The position numbers and the translations under genes were made by a program. This document shows, one piece after another, positions 8,835 to 21,164 of a stretch of DNA of 45,336 bases (position 1 is the stretch's first letter; each line of letters begins with the position of its first letter). The notes beneath the pieces are model-generated. The model saw only the letters and a list, made by a program, of their open reading frames with translations, was not told where the DNA came from and made no database searches. Origin of the DNA: Planctomycetota bacterium (GTDB lineage: Bacteria > Planctomycetota > UBA1135 > GCA-002686595); NCBI GenBank assembly GCA_034440255.1, contig JAWXBU010000245.1, positions 1-45,336 on the forward strand, read 5' to 3'.

Positions 8835-9413
8835 ATGCTTTGGAACATGGAGACGGTCTACTTGGGCTGCGCGGCCGTCGGCGGCACCGTACTCGTCGTT
8901 CAGACCGTGATGGTCATTTTCGGCGGCGGCGATCACGACACGGACGCCGCCCACATGGACACGTCTGACATCGGCGCCGCGAACTCGGGTGAAGTGCACG
9001 CGCCAGACTCGGGGTTCGGCCTGTTCTCGGTGCGCACGGTGGCAGCGTTCCTGACGTTCTTCGGGCTCGGCGGTTGGGCCGGATTGAACGCGGGTTGGGC
9101 GCCTGGCGCGACGATCGCGGCCGCCTCCGCAGCCGGCTTGTCGATGCTCTTCGCGGTCGCGTGGTTGTTTCACGCGCAGAAGCGGCTCGCCAGCCAAGGC
9201 AACGTCGAACCGGCCGGCGCAGTCGGTAGAACTGCGCGCGTTTACCTGCGAATTCCCGAACAGAATTCGGGTAAGGGCAAGATCACCGTCGCGCTGCAAG
9301 GGCGCACTGTCGAGTTGAACGCATTCACGAACGGGCCCGCGATTCCCACCGATTCAGAGGTGCGCATCGTGCGCCTCGTGACGGCGGACACGTTCGAAGT
9401 CGAACCGCTGTAG
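8835..9413 (+). CDS. NfeD/YqiJ-like membrane protein with C-terminal OB-fold
   Basis: Acidic DHDTDAAHMDTSD stretch, two hydrophobic helices, and a C-terminal beta-rich segment (RVYLRIPEQNSGKGKITVALQGRTVEL...VRIVRL) as in E. coli YqiJ. Immediately upstream of the flotillin gene (yqiJ-yqiK-like arrangement). ATG at 8835; the track start at 8832 is TTG. Confidence 0.6.
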   Translation: MLWNMETVYLGCAAVGGTVLVVQTVMVIFGGGDHDTDAAHMDTSDIGAANSGEVHAPDSGFGLFSVRTVAAFLTFFGLGGWAGLNAGWAPGATIAAASAAGLSMLFAVAWLFHAQKRLASQGNVEPAGAVGRTARVYLRIPEQNSGKGKITVALQGRTVELNAFTNGPAIPTDSEVRIVRLVTADTFEVEPL

Positions 9414-9431
9414 AGAGAGAACGATCCCACC

Positions 9432-11060
9432 ATGTCGATGCAAGCCCTCCCGTTCGCGTTCGTCAGAGCTGATCTCGCGCAGACCGCCGAGAAGAGCTTG
9501 CCGCTGCTCCTCATGTTGATCGTCGGGGTCCTGATCCTCGTCGGCTTCTTCATGGTGCTCGCGCGCCGCTACAAGCGCTGCCCGTCCAACCGCATCCTCG
9601 TCATCTACGGCAAGACGAGCGCGGGACGGTCTTCACGCTGCATCCACGGCGGCGCGGCGTTCGTCTATCCGCTGATCCAAAACTACGAGTACCTGTCGCT
9701 GGATCCGGTGCAGATCGAGATTCCGCTGTCGGGCGCGCTCTCGATCGAAAACATCCGCGTCAATGTGCCCAGCGTGTTCACGGTCGCGATCGGCACCGAC
9801 GAAGAGACGATGAACAACGCGGCGATCCGTCTGCTCGGGCTTCCGACGCAGCAGATCGTCAAACAGGCCGAGGACATGATCTTCGGTCAGTTGCGCCAAG
9901 TCATCGCGTCGATGCGCATCGACGAGATCAACCGCGACCGCGACGTGTTCCTCTCGAAGATCCAGACGTCCCTCGAGCCGGAGTTGAAGAAGATCGGCCT
10001 CGTGCTCATCAACGTCAACATCAAGGACATCACCGACGAATCGGGCTACATCGAAGCCATCGGCCGCAAGGCCGCGTCGGAGGCGATCCAACAGGCCGAA
10101 ATCGACGTCGCCATGCAGGTCAAACGCGGCGCGATCGGCGTCGCCGAAGCAGACCGCGACAAGATGATCCAAGTCGCGAACAGCGAGAAGACGCGCGACA
10201 TGGGCACGAAGGAAGCCGAGCGCGAGCGCGCCGTGCGCTTGGCGGAACTGGACAAGGAACGCCAGATCGGCGAGCAGACGGCCAAGTACGAGCAGGAAGC
10301 GCGCGTGCGCACAGCCGAGCAGACGATGCGCATCAGCGTGGCCGAAGCGAACGCGCGCGCCGTCGCGGGCGAGAACAAGTCGAAGGCCGAGATGGCGGCG
10401 ACGAACGCCGAGCTGAAGGTGCGCGAGGCAGAAGCGTACGAACTCGGCGAAACGCGGGCGCGCGAAGCGCAGGCGAACGTGCTCGAAGCGCAGTACTTGG
10501 CTCAGGCGCGCGCTGCCGAGGCTCAAGGCAAGAAGATCGAGGCCGAAAAACGCGCCGAGCTCGAGTCGATGGCGCGCGCCGTCAAGGCTCAGATCATCGT
10601 CGACGCCGAGGCAGAGGCCGAGCGCCGCACGATCGAAGCTCAAGGTGAAGCACGCGCGATCTTCGCGAAGCTCGAGGCCGAAGCACGCGGCAACTACGAG
10701 ATCCTGGCCAAGAAGGGCGAGGGTTTGAAGCGCATCATCGAGAGCTGCGGCGGCTCGCAACAAGCCTTCCAGATGATGATGCTCGAACACATCGACGAAC
10801 TGTCGAAGACGGCCGCTCAAGCGATCTCGAACATCAAGTTCGACAAGGTCGTCGTGTGGGATTCGGGCGCTTCGAAGGACGGAACGAGCGCGACTTCGAA
10901 CTTCATCAAGGGCGTCGCGGGTTCGCTGCCGCCGATGATGCACATGATGAGCGAGATCGGCGGCGTCAAGATGCCCGAGTACTTCGGCAAACTCGTCGAC
11001 GACGCGGCCGCGAATCCGCCGAGTGCGCCCGACGTGAGCGCTCCGCCGAAGAAGTCCTGA
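9432..11060 (+). CDS. Flotillin-family SPFH/Band-7 protein (YqiK/FloT-like)
   Basis: 542 aa. N-terminal TM segment. SPFH domain. Long Ala/Glu-rich coiled-coil 'flotillin' repeat (AEAQ..., EAEAERR...). C-terminal Met-rich tail. Confidence 0.85.
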   Translation: MSMQALPFAFVRADLAQTAEKSLPLLLMLIVGVLILVGFFMVLARRYKRCPSNRILVIYGKTSAGRSSRCIHGGAAFVYPLIQNYEYLSLDPVQIEIPLSGALSIENIRVNVPSVFTVAIGTDEETMNNAAIRLLGLPTQQIVKQAEDMIFGQLRQVIASMRIDEINRDRDVFLSKIQTSLEPELKKIGLVLINVNIKDITDESGYIEAIGRKAASEAIQQAEIDVAMQVKRGAIGVAEADRDKMIQVANSEKTRDMGTKEAERERAVRLAELDKERQIGEQTAKYEQEARVRTAEQTMRISVAEANARAVAGENKSKAEMAATNAELKVREAEAYELGETRAREAQANVLEAQYLAQARAAEAQGKKIEAEKRAELESMARAVKAQIIVDAEAEAERRTIEAQGEARAIFAKLEAEARGNYEILAKKGEGLKRIIESCGGSQQAFQMMMLEHIDELSKTAAQAISNIKFDKVVVWDSGASKDGTSATSNFIKGVAGSLPPMMHMMSEIGGVKMPEYFGKLVDDAAANPPSAPDVSAPPKKS

Positions 11061-11092
11061 CGGAAACGAGCTCGAGCGGTAACTTGGCGGCG

Positions 11093-12436
11093 ATGAACAT
11101 GCACACCGAACAACGCCGCCGGTTCCTCGAAGCTCTCACGACGCGCGGTGCCGCAGCGGTGATCCCGACCGCGACGCACAAGGTGCGCAACCACGATTGC
11201 GAGTACCGTTTTCGGCCGGACAGCGACTTCTGGTACTTGACCGGATTCAGCGAGCCCGACGCGGTGCTCGTGCTCGTGCCGCCGCTCGCGACGACGAATT
11301 CGAAGGTACCGCGTTCGATCTTGTTCCTGCGCGAGAAGGACAAAGATCGCGAGATCTGGACCGGAAAACGACTGGGCGTCGCGGCGGCCGCAGCCGCACT
11401 CGGCGTCGACGAAGCTCGACCGATCGAACGCCTGTGGACCGACTTGCCCGAAATCTTGCGCAACGTGGAGAAGATCGTGTGGCGCACGGGGGTCGACGAA
11501 GCGCGCGATCGCGAGCTCTTCGCCGTCGTCGCGAAGCTGAGAGCGACGGCGAAAGGCGGCATCGTTCCCCCGCTCGAACTGCTCGATCCGTCTCCGCTTT
11601 TGCACGAATTGCGGCTGAAAAAGAGCACTTCCGAGCTCGACGTCATGCGCCGTGCCGCGCGCATCACCAAGGACGCGCACATTGCGGCGATGAAGCGCGC
11701 GCGTCCCGGCGTCAACGAGCGCGAGATCGACGCACTCCTCGACATGACTTTCCGCGCGAGCGGTGCCTCGGGCGCTGCGTACACGAACATCGTTGCCGGC
11801 GGCGCGAACGCGTGCTGCCTGCACTACGTCGAAAACGACGACGTGTTGAAGGACGGCGACCTGCTCCTGATCGACGCTGGATCCGAATTCGAATACTACG
11901 CTTCGGATGTGACGCGCACGTTTCCGATCAACGGTCGCTTCAACGCGGAGCAGCGCGCACTGTACGAAGTCGTGCTCGACGCACAGCTGACCGCAATCGC
12001 ACACGTGAAGACGGGCGTCACGTTCGTGTCGGTGCACGAAATCGCTCTGCAGCGGCTCGTCTTCGGGCTCGTGCGCTTGGGACTCCTGACGGGACCTGTC
12101 GATGCAGCGATCGAGAAGAAGACGTACGACCGCTTCTACATGCACCGCACGAGTCACTGGCTCGGACTCGACGTGCACGACTGCGGCGCGTACGTGGTCG
12201 ATGGAAAATCGCGCACGCTCGAACCGGGCATGGTCATCACCGTCGAGCCGGGTGTGTACGTCGCCGAAGACGACACCACCGTCGAAGCGCGTTGGCGCGG
12301 CATCGGCATCCGCATCGAGGACGACGTGCTGGTGACGACGACCGGCCACGAAGTGCTCACCGCCGGCATCCCGAAACACATCGACGAAGTCGAAGCGACG
12401 TGCGGCTCGAAGTCGCTCTCCTCCGTGCATGGTTGA
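11093..12436 (+). CDS. pepP: Xaa-Pro aminopeptidase (aminopeptidase P, M24B)
   Basis: Start MNMHTEQRRRFLEAL. N-terminal AMP_N domain 'DSDFWYLTGFSEPDAVLVL'. M24 metal-ligand motifs 'HYVENDDVLKDGDLLLIDAGSEFEYYASDVTRTFPINGRF' and 'HWLGLDVHD'. Confidence 0.85.
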   Translation: MNMHTEQRRRFLEALTTRGAAAVIPTATHKVRNHDCEYRFRPDSDFWYLTGFSEPDAVLVLVPPLATTNSKVPRSILFLREKDKDREIWTGKRLGVAAAAAALGVDEARPIERLWTDLPEILRNVEKIVWRTGVDEARDRELFAVVAKLRATAKGGIVPPLELLDPSPLLHELRLKKSTSELDVMRRAARITKDAHIAAMKRARPGVNEREIDALLDMTFRASGASGAAYTNIVAGGANACCLHYVENDDVLKDGDLLLIDAGSEFEYYASDVTRTFPINGRFNAEQRALYEVVLDAQLTAIAHVKTGVTFVSVHEIALQRLVFGLVRLGLLTGPVDAAIEKKTYDRFYMHRTSHWLGLDVHDCGAYVVDGKSRTLEPGMVITVEPGVYVAEDDTTVEARWRGIGIRIEDDVLVTTTGHEVLTAGIPKHIDEVEATCGSKSLSSVHG

Positions 12437-12487
12437 TCTGGATTTCTCGGACAGAATGGTCGAAGGCGGCGTGCGCAGCGGCGGCCT

Positions 12488-13435
12488 ATGTCGAACCTGA
12501 TCGGTCACACGAGCGCGCGCTGGTCGCTCAGTCACGCGATCGACGCGCTGCGTGATTCAGCACGACAAGCAGGTCGGCCGGGGCTCGTTTGGATCGTCGG
12601 ATTGCTCTATCCGTCGGTGGGTTTCTGCTTCTGGCTCGCCTCGTCGACGATCACGACGGTCGGCTCGAGCGACACGGACGGCGAAGCCTCGGGCCTCGTC
12701 GTGCGCAGCTCGGCGTGGCGCGAATTCTTCCCGCTCGAGACCGTGCCCATCGCGATGGGATTCGCCGTGTGCTTCGCGATCGTGTGCTTCCCCGTCTTTC
12801 GACTCGTCGCCGGACTCGCGCGCGTTTCGCCGAGCGAAGTGTGGTTGGAGGCCTGCGAAAATCGCCGCACGCCGCGCATCCGCACGCTGTGGAAGAGCGG
12901 TTCGGGCATGACGCTTTCCGTCATCGCACTGTGGCTCCTGCTCGTCGTCACGATCGGCTTGTCGTTGCTCGCAGTCGCCTGGCCGACGGAACATCTCGTG
13001 CGACCGTTCGGTCGCGACGCGCTCGGCGGAGTCGGCCGATCGCTCTTCGGCGTGTTCTTGCTCGGACCGCTGGTGTTGCTGTTCGTGTCGTACGCGCTGT
13101 CGATGGCCGTCTTGACGCAGCTCGCATTGCACAGCCTCGCGCACAATCGTCGCGGCATCGGTTCAGCTCTGTTGCACGGCTGGCGCATCATGCGTCACGA
13201 CGTTCCGGCGACCTCTAGAGCCGTGATCGTCGACGTGCTCCTGACCTTCGCGATCCTCCTCGCGACGACGATGATCGGCAGCGTGATCCCTTTCGATTGG
13301 CTCGACACCGTGCTGGGCTTCGTGCTTTCGGGCTTCGCTGGAGTCGCGCGAGCCGCGTACTGGGCTCGCGCCTATCGCGCGCTCGGCGGATTGTCTCCCG
13401 ACGACGGCGTGCCGGGATTGCCGCAGGCGCAGTAA
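12488..13435 (+). CDS. Hypothetical polytopic membrane protein
   Basis: 315 aa with at least 6 hydrophobic helices (e.g. LVWIVGLLYPSVGFCFWLA, LSVIALWLLLVVTIGLSLLAVAW, LFGVFLLGPLVLLFVSYALSMAVL). No recognisable family. Confidence 0.45.
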   Translation: MSNLIGHTSARWSLSHAIDALRDSARQAGRPGLVWIVGLLYPSVGFCFWLASSTITTVGSSDTDGEASGLVVRSSAWREFFPLETVPIAMGFAVCFAIVCFPVFRLVAGLARVSPSEVWLEACENRRTPRIRTLWKSGSGMTLSVIALWLLLVVTIGLSLLAVAWPTEHLVRPFGRDALGGVGRSLFGVFLLGPLVLLFVSYALSMAVLTQLALHSLAHNRRGIGSALLHGWRIMRHDVPATSRAVIVDVLLTFAILLATTMIGSVIPFDWLDTVLGFVLSGFAGVARAAYWARAYRALGGLSPDDGVPGLPQAQ

Positions 13436-13471
13436 CCCGGGGGACCTGGTGAGGGCGCCGGACCGTGCGCT

Positions 13472-16411
<2,940 letters not shown>

Positions 16412-16477
16412 TGCCGAATCTCTCCTCGAACGATCGTGCGTCGCCGACCTCGCGCTCCTCCGGGACGAGGAGCAAGT

Positions 16478-16553
16478 TGGTGACCGCGGTAGGGCTCGAA
16501 CCTACGACCTGATGATTAAGAGTCACCTGCTCTACCGACTGAGCTACGCGGCC
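16478..16553 (-). tRNA. tRNA-Lys (anticodon CUU)
   Basis: Reverse complement GGCCGCGTAGCTCAGTCGGTAGAGCAGGTGACTCTTAATCATCAGGTCGTAGGTTCGAGCCCTACCGCGGTCACCA. Anticodon loop CTCTTAA, T-loop GGTTCGAGCCC, CCA encoded. The track ORF 16176..16526 ('VVGSSPTAVT') is the classic spurious translation of a tRNA. Confidence 0.85.
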
Positions 16554-16623
16554 ACTTGGAGGGCCGAAGATTCTGTCACCGAGGAGCGCGCGAGGGAAGA
16601 GTCTGCTCGGACGAACGTGCGGC

Positions 16624-18474
16624 TCAGCGGGGTGCGGCCGGGCCCGTGTAACCGAGCCCTTCGAGTTCGGCCCGCCGAGCGGGACTCAGGGTGGGCCTGG
16701 CGCCGGAACCCGTCGGCCGCGGGCGATTGCGCACGCGCTCGAGCAGACGTCTTTCGAGGATCGCGACATCGGCCGCGCGCGCGGCTGCGAGATCGTGCTC
16801 TTCCTTGGGATCGCTCGCGAGGTCGTAGAACTTCTTCAGCGAGCCGCCGTCCGTGATCAATTTCAGTCCGCCGTGGACGAAGGCCTTTTGCTCGCGCGCG
16901 CCGTACAGCAGGGCCTCGCTCTCGATGTCGCGCGACGGCGCGGCGGTGTCGGTGAAGAGAGAAACGAGTGAGGTCCCGTCCGCGGATTCGAGGCGTGGCG
17001 CGCCAACGAGTTCGAGGATCGTGGCGCACACGTCCAGCGTCGAAACCGGAGTCGTGACGAACGTGCCGGCCGGAACGCGTCCCGGCAGGACGAACGCCAA
17101 CGGCACGCGCAACACTTCGGCGTGCATCGAATGGCCGTGTTCGTAGCCGCCGTGCTCCCAGAACTCTTCGCCGTGGTCGGAGTGGAAGACGATCAACGTG
17201 TCGTTCGAGAGTCCGGCGGCATCGAGGAATTCGGCGAGCTTGCCGATCGAAGCGTCGGTCGACGCGACTTCGCCGTCGTACAGATTCGCGAGCGCGAGCT
17301 TCGTCGCTGCATCGACCTGCGCCGTGCGCAACGTCTCGAGCGTGGGCGGATAGGGCGTCAGCGACGCGACGGACACGCCGGCGAACTGTTCGTCGTACGG
17401 CGCAGGCGGCGTGTAGGGCGCGTGCGGATCGACGAGATGCAAGAAGCAGAACCACGGTTGACTGCCTTGCATGCGAATCCAATCGCTCGCGAGGTCGACG
17501 CCGGCCGAGGCGCGATTCAAGTACATCGTCCAGCGCTCGAAGCCGCGATCGATGCCGAGCGCGCCGTCGAGATAGGGATTCGAGACGAACCCACCGGTAC
17601 GATAACCGGCTGTTTTCAAGCGCGCCGCCAACGTTTCGACGTCCGGGTCGAGCATCTCGAAATCGCCCGGTTCGAGAGCGCGACCGTCGAAGAAGCTCTG
17701 TTCGCGTGACGGCGAAACGCCAGCGCGATGGCGAGACGGCATCAAGCCCGTGAACAGCGTTCCGTACGACGGCAGAGTCCAGGGCGCGACCGAGATGGCG
17801 TGTTGGAAGCGCGTACCCCGCGTGAGGAGCGTGTCGGTGCGCGGCGTCGTCTCGCGCGCGTAGCCTTGGCTCTGCATGCGATCGGCACGCAGGGCGTCGA
17901 CCGAGATCACGAGCACGTTCGGCTTCGACTTGAAGCGCCGCGTGTCCGACGCGCGCGGCGGAGTGATGCACAGTCTCGCGCTCGGAGGAAGCGCAACCGA
18001 ACGGGCCGACAAGACGAAGCGCGCGTTTTCTTCGGGTCGCACCAGGTTCTGCTCGTGCACCGCCGTCCAACCGTGCACGGCGTCGTGCAGCGTGACTTTC
18101 TTCTGCGCGACGATCTGGTCGCGAGTCTTCGACACGACGCGCATCTCGAATTCGACGACGACGTCGTCGCGCACTGCTTCGGGCGGCAGTTTCAGCGCGA
18201 AAGCCGTCGTCAAATCGAGCGGACCGGCGAGCGGGATCGGGAGCTCGATCGAAGTATCTATCTCGACCACGTACGCGTCGCGCGCGTCCGACACGGCCCA
18301 AGTGCCGACGAGAGCCCAGGCCGGTTGACTGGGATCGGGGAGCGCAGCGACAGCCCGCGCCTTGTCCATCTCGACGACCACGCGCTCGATCGTCGGCGGA
18401 ACAGCGTCGTCGTGCTGCGATCCACAGGCCGCGAGGAGGCCGAGCAGGAAGAGAGTCAGCGAGACGGCGCGCAT
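16624..18474 (-). CDS. Sulfatase-family (alkaline-phosphatase superfamily, PF00884) lipoprotein with a non-canonical active-site motif
   Basis: 616 aa. Lipoprotein signal MRAVSLTLFLLGLLAACGS. 'VLVISVDALRADRM' metal-binding N-terminus. 'TPRTDTLLTRGTRFQHAISVAPWTLPSYGTLFTG' aligns to the sulfatase 'TPNLDRLAAEGVRF..YSTSPVCSPSRAALLTG' block, but with T-L-P-S-Y in place of C-S-P-S-R. Confidence 0.75.
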   Translation of the reverse strand: MRAVSLTLFLLGLLAACGSQHDDAVPPTIERVVVEMDKARAVAALPDPSQPAWALVGTWAVSDARDAYVVEIDTSIELPIPLAGPLDLTTAFALKLPPEAVRDDVVVEFEMRVVSKTRDQIVAQKKVTLHDAVHGWTAVHEQNLVRPEENARFVLSARSVALPPSARLCITPPRASDTRRFKSKPNVLVISVDALRADRMQSQGYARETTPRTDTLLTRGTRFQHAISVAPWTLPSYGTLFTGLMPSRHRAGVSPSREQSFFDGRALEPGDFEMLDPDVETLAARLKTAGYRTGGFVSNPYLDGALGIDRGFERWTMYLNRASAGVDLASDWIRMQGSQPWFCFLHLVDPHAPYTPPAPYDEQFAGVSVASLTPYPPTLETLRTAQVDAATKLALANLYDGEVASTDASIGKLAEFLDAAGLSNDTLIVFHSDHGEEFWEHGGYEHGHSMHAEVLRVPLAFVLPGRVPAGTFVTTPVSTLDVCATILELVGAPRLESADGTSLVSLFTDTAAPSRDIESEALLYGAREQKAFVHGGLKLITDGGSLKKFYDLASDPKEEHDLAAARAADVAILERRLLERVRNRPRPTGSGARPTLSPARRAELEGLGYTGPAAPR

Positions 18475-18722
18475 GGTTCGTGTGTCGCGGCCGGGCCCGC
18501 GTCCTCTAGTGCGAAAAAACTGTCACGATCTGCTGGGAGACGCAAGCACGAATCCGCCGGCCGAGTCGACCGCGTCGGGCCAAGAATGCGCCAGTCCTCG
18601 AGACTTCGAGCGAAATCCTGCTGCGCGACGCCTGTTTCGTGCGGATGTGCAAGCTCATGACTCCGCTTGCCCGCCGCAACGGAGACGCGCAGCCCGCACC
18701 ACGCGACGAACACGAGACCACG

Positions 18723-19652
18723 ATGAGCACGTTCAACGAGAACGACCGCGACAAGCTCGACAGCGTCGACTACGGCGCGCGCAACCAGCCGGCGAATCCG
18801 GTCAAGTTGTGGGACTTAACCGCGTTCGAGACGACGACCACGGTCGCGAACGATTCAGGCCCGTTCGTGGGCAGTGATCGCTTCCTCGAGATCGGCACCG
18901 AGATCGTGCTCGCGCACGCATACCGCGATTCGGGTTGGCTGCTCTTGCAAGCGTGCGCGCGAGCGAGCGACGGAATGAACGGCTCGATCCAAGTCGAGTT
19001 CACGCTCGAGTCGCGCGACGACCACGACACCGGCCCACTGGCGGATCCGAATCTCGCCGGCAAACCGCGCCCCTACACCGTGCACAAAATGTGGCGCTCG
19101 AAGCCGATCCAGTGCAGCGCCGTTCCGCGCCAGTTCGTGTTCCACATGATCGTGCACGCACACGGCCACGTCGGTCAGAACTGGTTCCAATCCTGCGACG
19201 GCTACATGAGCTGGGACGATCTTGCGCGTGGGATCGAGGACGCACCGTTCCAGAAGTTCACGCGATCGCTCGACACTCCCATCGACCCTACGCAGCGCAA
19301 GCAGATCCGCGTGCAGTTCAGAGCACTGGCGCTCGCGACGATCCCGGTTTCGAATGCGGCGTGGACCGAGGCCACGCGCACCATCACGAGTGTCGGTGCG
19401 TTCGCAGGATGGACGCTCGTTCCCGGCGAAACACTCGAAATCACCGAAGGAAACGCAGTCGCGCGCGGATTTGTCCGGATCCAGAGCCGCCTCGACGACG
19501 ATCGCGTCGTGCTCGCGACCTCGGTCTCGACGGATACCGTGCCCGGCAACGTGAGCGACGGCTCGATCGTCGGACGGATTCGCACGCAACACTTCGACGT
19601 CACGGCTTCGCGCGCCAACTTGTTCAACACGCGCGACGGATCGGGTTACTGA
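18723..19652 (+). CDS. Hypothetical protein (His-rich motif HMIVHAHGH), no recognised domain
   Basis: The track ORF begins at 18639; MSTFNEN at 18723 is the first plausible ATG after the Arg-rich leader. The stop TGA overlaps the next gene's ATG (TGATG at 19650-19654). Confidence 0.45.
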   Translation: MSTFNENDRDKLDSVDYGARNQPANPVKLWDLTAFETTTTVANDSGPFVGSDRFLEIGTEIVLAHAYRDSGWLLLQACARASDGMNGSIQVEFTLESRDDHDTGPLADPNLAGKPRPYTVHKMWRSKPIQCSAVPRQFVFHMIVHAHGHVGQNWFQSCDGYMSWDDLARGIEDAPFQKFTRSLDTPIDPTQRKQIRVQFRALALATIPVSNAAWTEATRTITSVGAFAGWTLVPGETLEITEGNAVARGFVRIQSRLDDDRVVLATSVSTDTVPGNVSDGSIVGRIRTQHFDVTASRANLFNTRDGSGY

Positions 19653-20821
19653 TGCCGACCACCACACTCGTCCAGGATTGTTTCGCCTACGCCCATCCGA
19701 ATGCGCGCACGCGCCGCAACGTCCGGTACGGCCCGCGGCTGCACCACCGACTCAACTACTACTCGAACATCAGGCGTGTCCCAGGCGGCAATCCGCTCGC
19801 GATCGTCTTCCACGGCGGTTCGTACAGCGCGAACGACAAGACCGATTTCATCGAGGGCAATTCGTCCTCGTCGCTGGGACGCTTCTGGCATTCCTTCCTG
19901 CTCGATTCGAGTACGTACGGAACGTCGCGGTGCTTCGACGTCATCTCGGCCGAGTACCACTGTCACGCGCACGAGCGTATCCACGCATCCGCCGTGTCGT
20001 TCGCGTACGAGGACACCTACGCCTCGATTCCGGCCAACGTCGGCACGCAGAACTATCCGATGTACTTGGGTGCCGCGATCGACGACGCACAACGTGTCGT
20101 GCAGTGGGCGAAGAAACATGCCGCTGGTCTCGGCATCGATCCGACGAAGATCGGCCTCTTGGGACACAGCATGGGCGGGTACACCGCGTTGTGCGCTGCG
20201 TTTACGCCCTCGCGCGCGTGGAAGAAGAGCGGTGGTCACGAGTTCGACGCGAACGCCGACTCGAGCGTGCGCTGCGTCGTCGTGTGGGCGGCGGAGGTCG
20301 ACCTCGATCCGTGGTTCATGTCGCACCGGATCACGCGCTACGTCCCCGGCTTCGTCGAAAGCGAACGCACGAACGTGCGCGCCGACATGGAACGCGCGTT
20401 CCTCATCCCCGACTCCAAAGGACTTTTTCCGAAGGGCAGCGTGAAGACGGCGCTGTGTCGATCGCTCTCACCGGTCGACTTGATTCGGCGCAAAGATCCG
20501 GCTCGAGCGCATGTCCGAGTCCATGCGCACTACCTCGACAACATGCCCTTCGGCAGTGGTGAAAGCGCCGATCTAGAGAAGACGACGACGCCGAGCGAGG
20601 ACTACACGACGATTCCCCCATACGACGCGGGCGGTCACGATCATCGCCAGTTCGGAGTCTTGCGTGACGCCTGCTTGGACGCGGGTCTCACGTTCAGCGG
20701 ACAAGTCCTCGACGGCGATCAATTCACAACGGGCATCATCACGCCGCCGAATCGCCTCAAGGAGGCGCTCGAGTCCACACTTGTGAAAACGTACGACGCG
20801 CTGAACTTGGCGACGCAGTAG
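19652..20821 (+). CDS. Alpha/beta-hydrolase fold esterase/lipase-like protein
   Basis: 389 aa from MPTTTLVQD. 'AIVFHGGSY' oxyanion-hole-like HGG. Nucleophile elbow 'LLGHSMGGYTA' (GxSxG). The upstream 286 aa of the track ORF are the other gene's frame region and are not part of this protein. Confidence 0.7.
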   Translation: MPTTTLVQDCFAYAHPNARTRRNVRYGPRLHHRLNYYSNIRRVPGGNPLAIVFHGGSYSANDKTDFIEGNSSSSLGRFWHSFLLDSSTYGTSRCFDVISAEYHCHAHERIHASAVSFAYEDTYASIPANVGTQNYPMYLGAAIDDAQRVVQWAKKHAAGLGIDPTKIGLLGHSMGGYTALCAAFTPSRAWKKSGGHEFDANADSSVRCVVVWAAEVDLDPWFMSHRITRYVPGFVESERTNVRADMERAFLIPDSKGLFPKGSVKTALCRSLSPVDLIRRKDPARAHVRVHAHYLDNMPFGSGESADLEKTTTPSEDYTTIPPYDAGGHDHRQFGVLRDACLDAGLTFSGQVLDGDQFTTGIITPPNRLKEALESTLVKTYDALNLATQ

Positions 20822-20866
20822 TCGTACGCCATCTCGAAGCATCCCACCGTACGTCGGAGGAACGGT

Positions 20867-20942
<76 letters not shown>

Positions 20943-21164
20943 AACCGTGCCTCGCAACGATTTGCGGGGCGAGAAAGATAGCGAAACTCGGCCGCAAGCG
21001 TGAGGCAGTACCCGCCCAGAAACCGGTCGCACCAGCCGAGCAAAACGACCCTCCAGCCGCACGTTCGCCTTCCGGCGCCCCACGCCCAGCCACACCGGAA
21101 AGGCCCGCCCACCTTCCGCACTCGGCAACGCTGCCGCCAACGGCCGCCAACGGCCGCCAACTGC

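Noticed and set aside
7063-8848. Overlapping Arg-rich ORFs 7063..8433 (+) and 7631..8848 (-)
   Set aside because: Typical high-GC shadow frames. The co-located 7676..8764 (+) ORF has normal composition and a signal peptide.
9633-12535. Long minus-strand ORFs (9633..10943, 10817..12535) antisense to flotillin and pepP
   Set aside because: Arg/Asp/Leu-rich shadow frames opposite two confidently identified genes.
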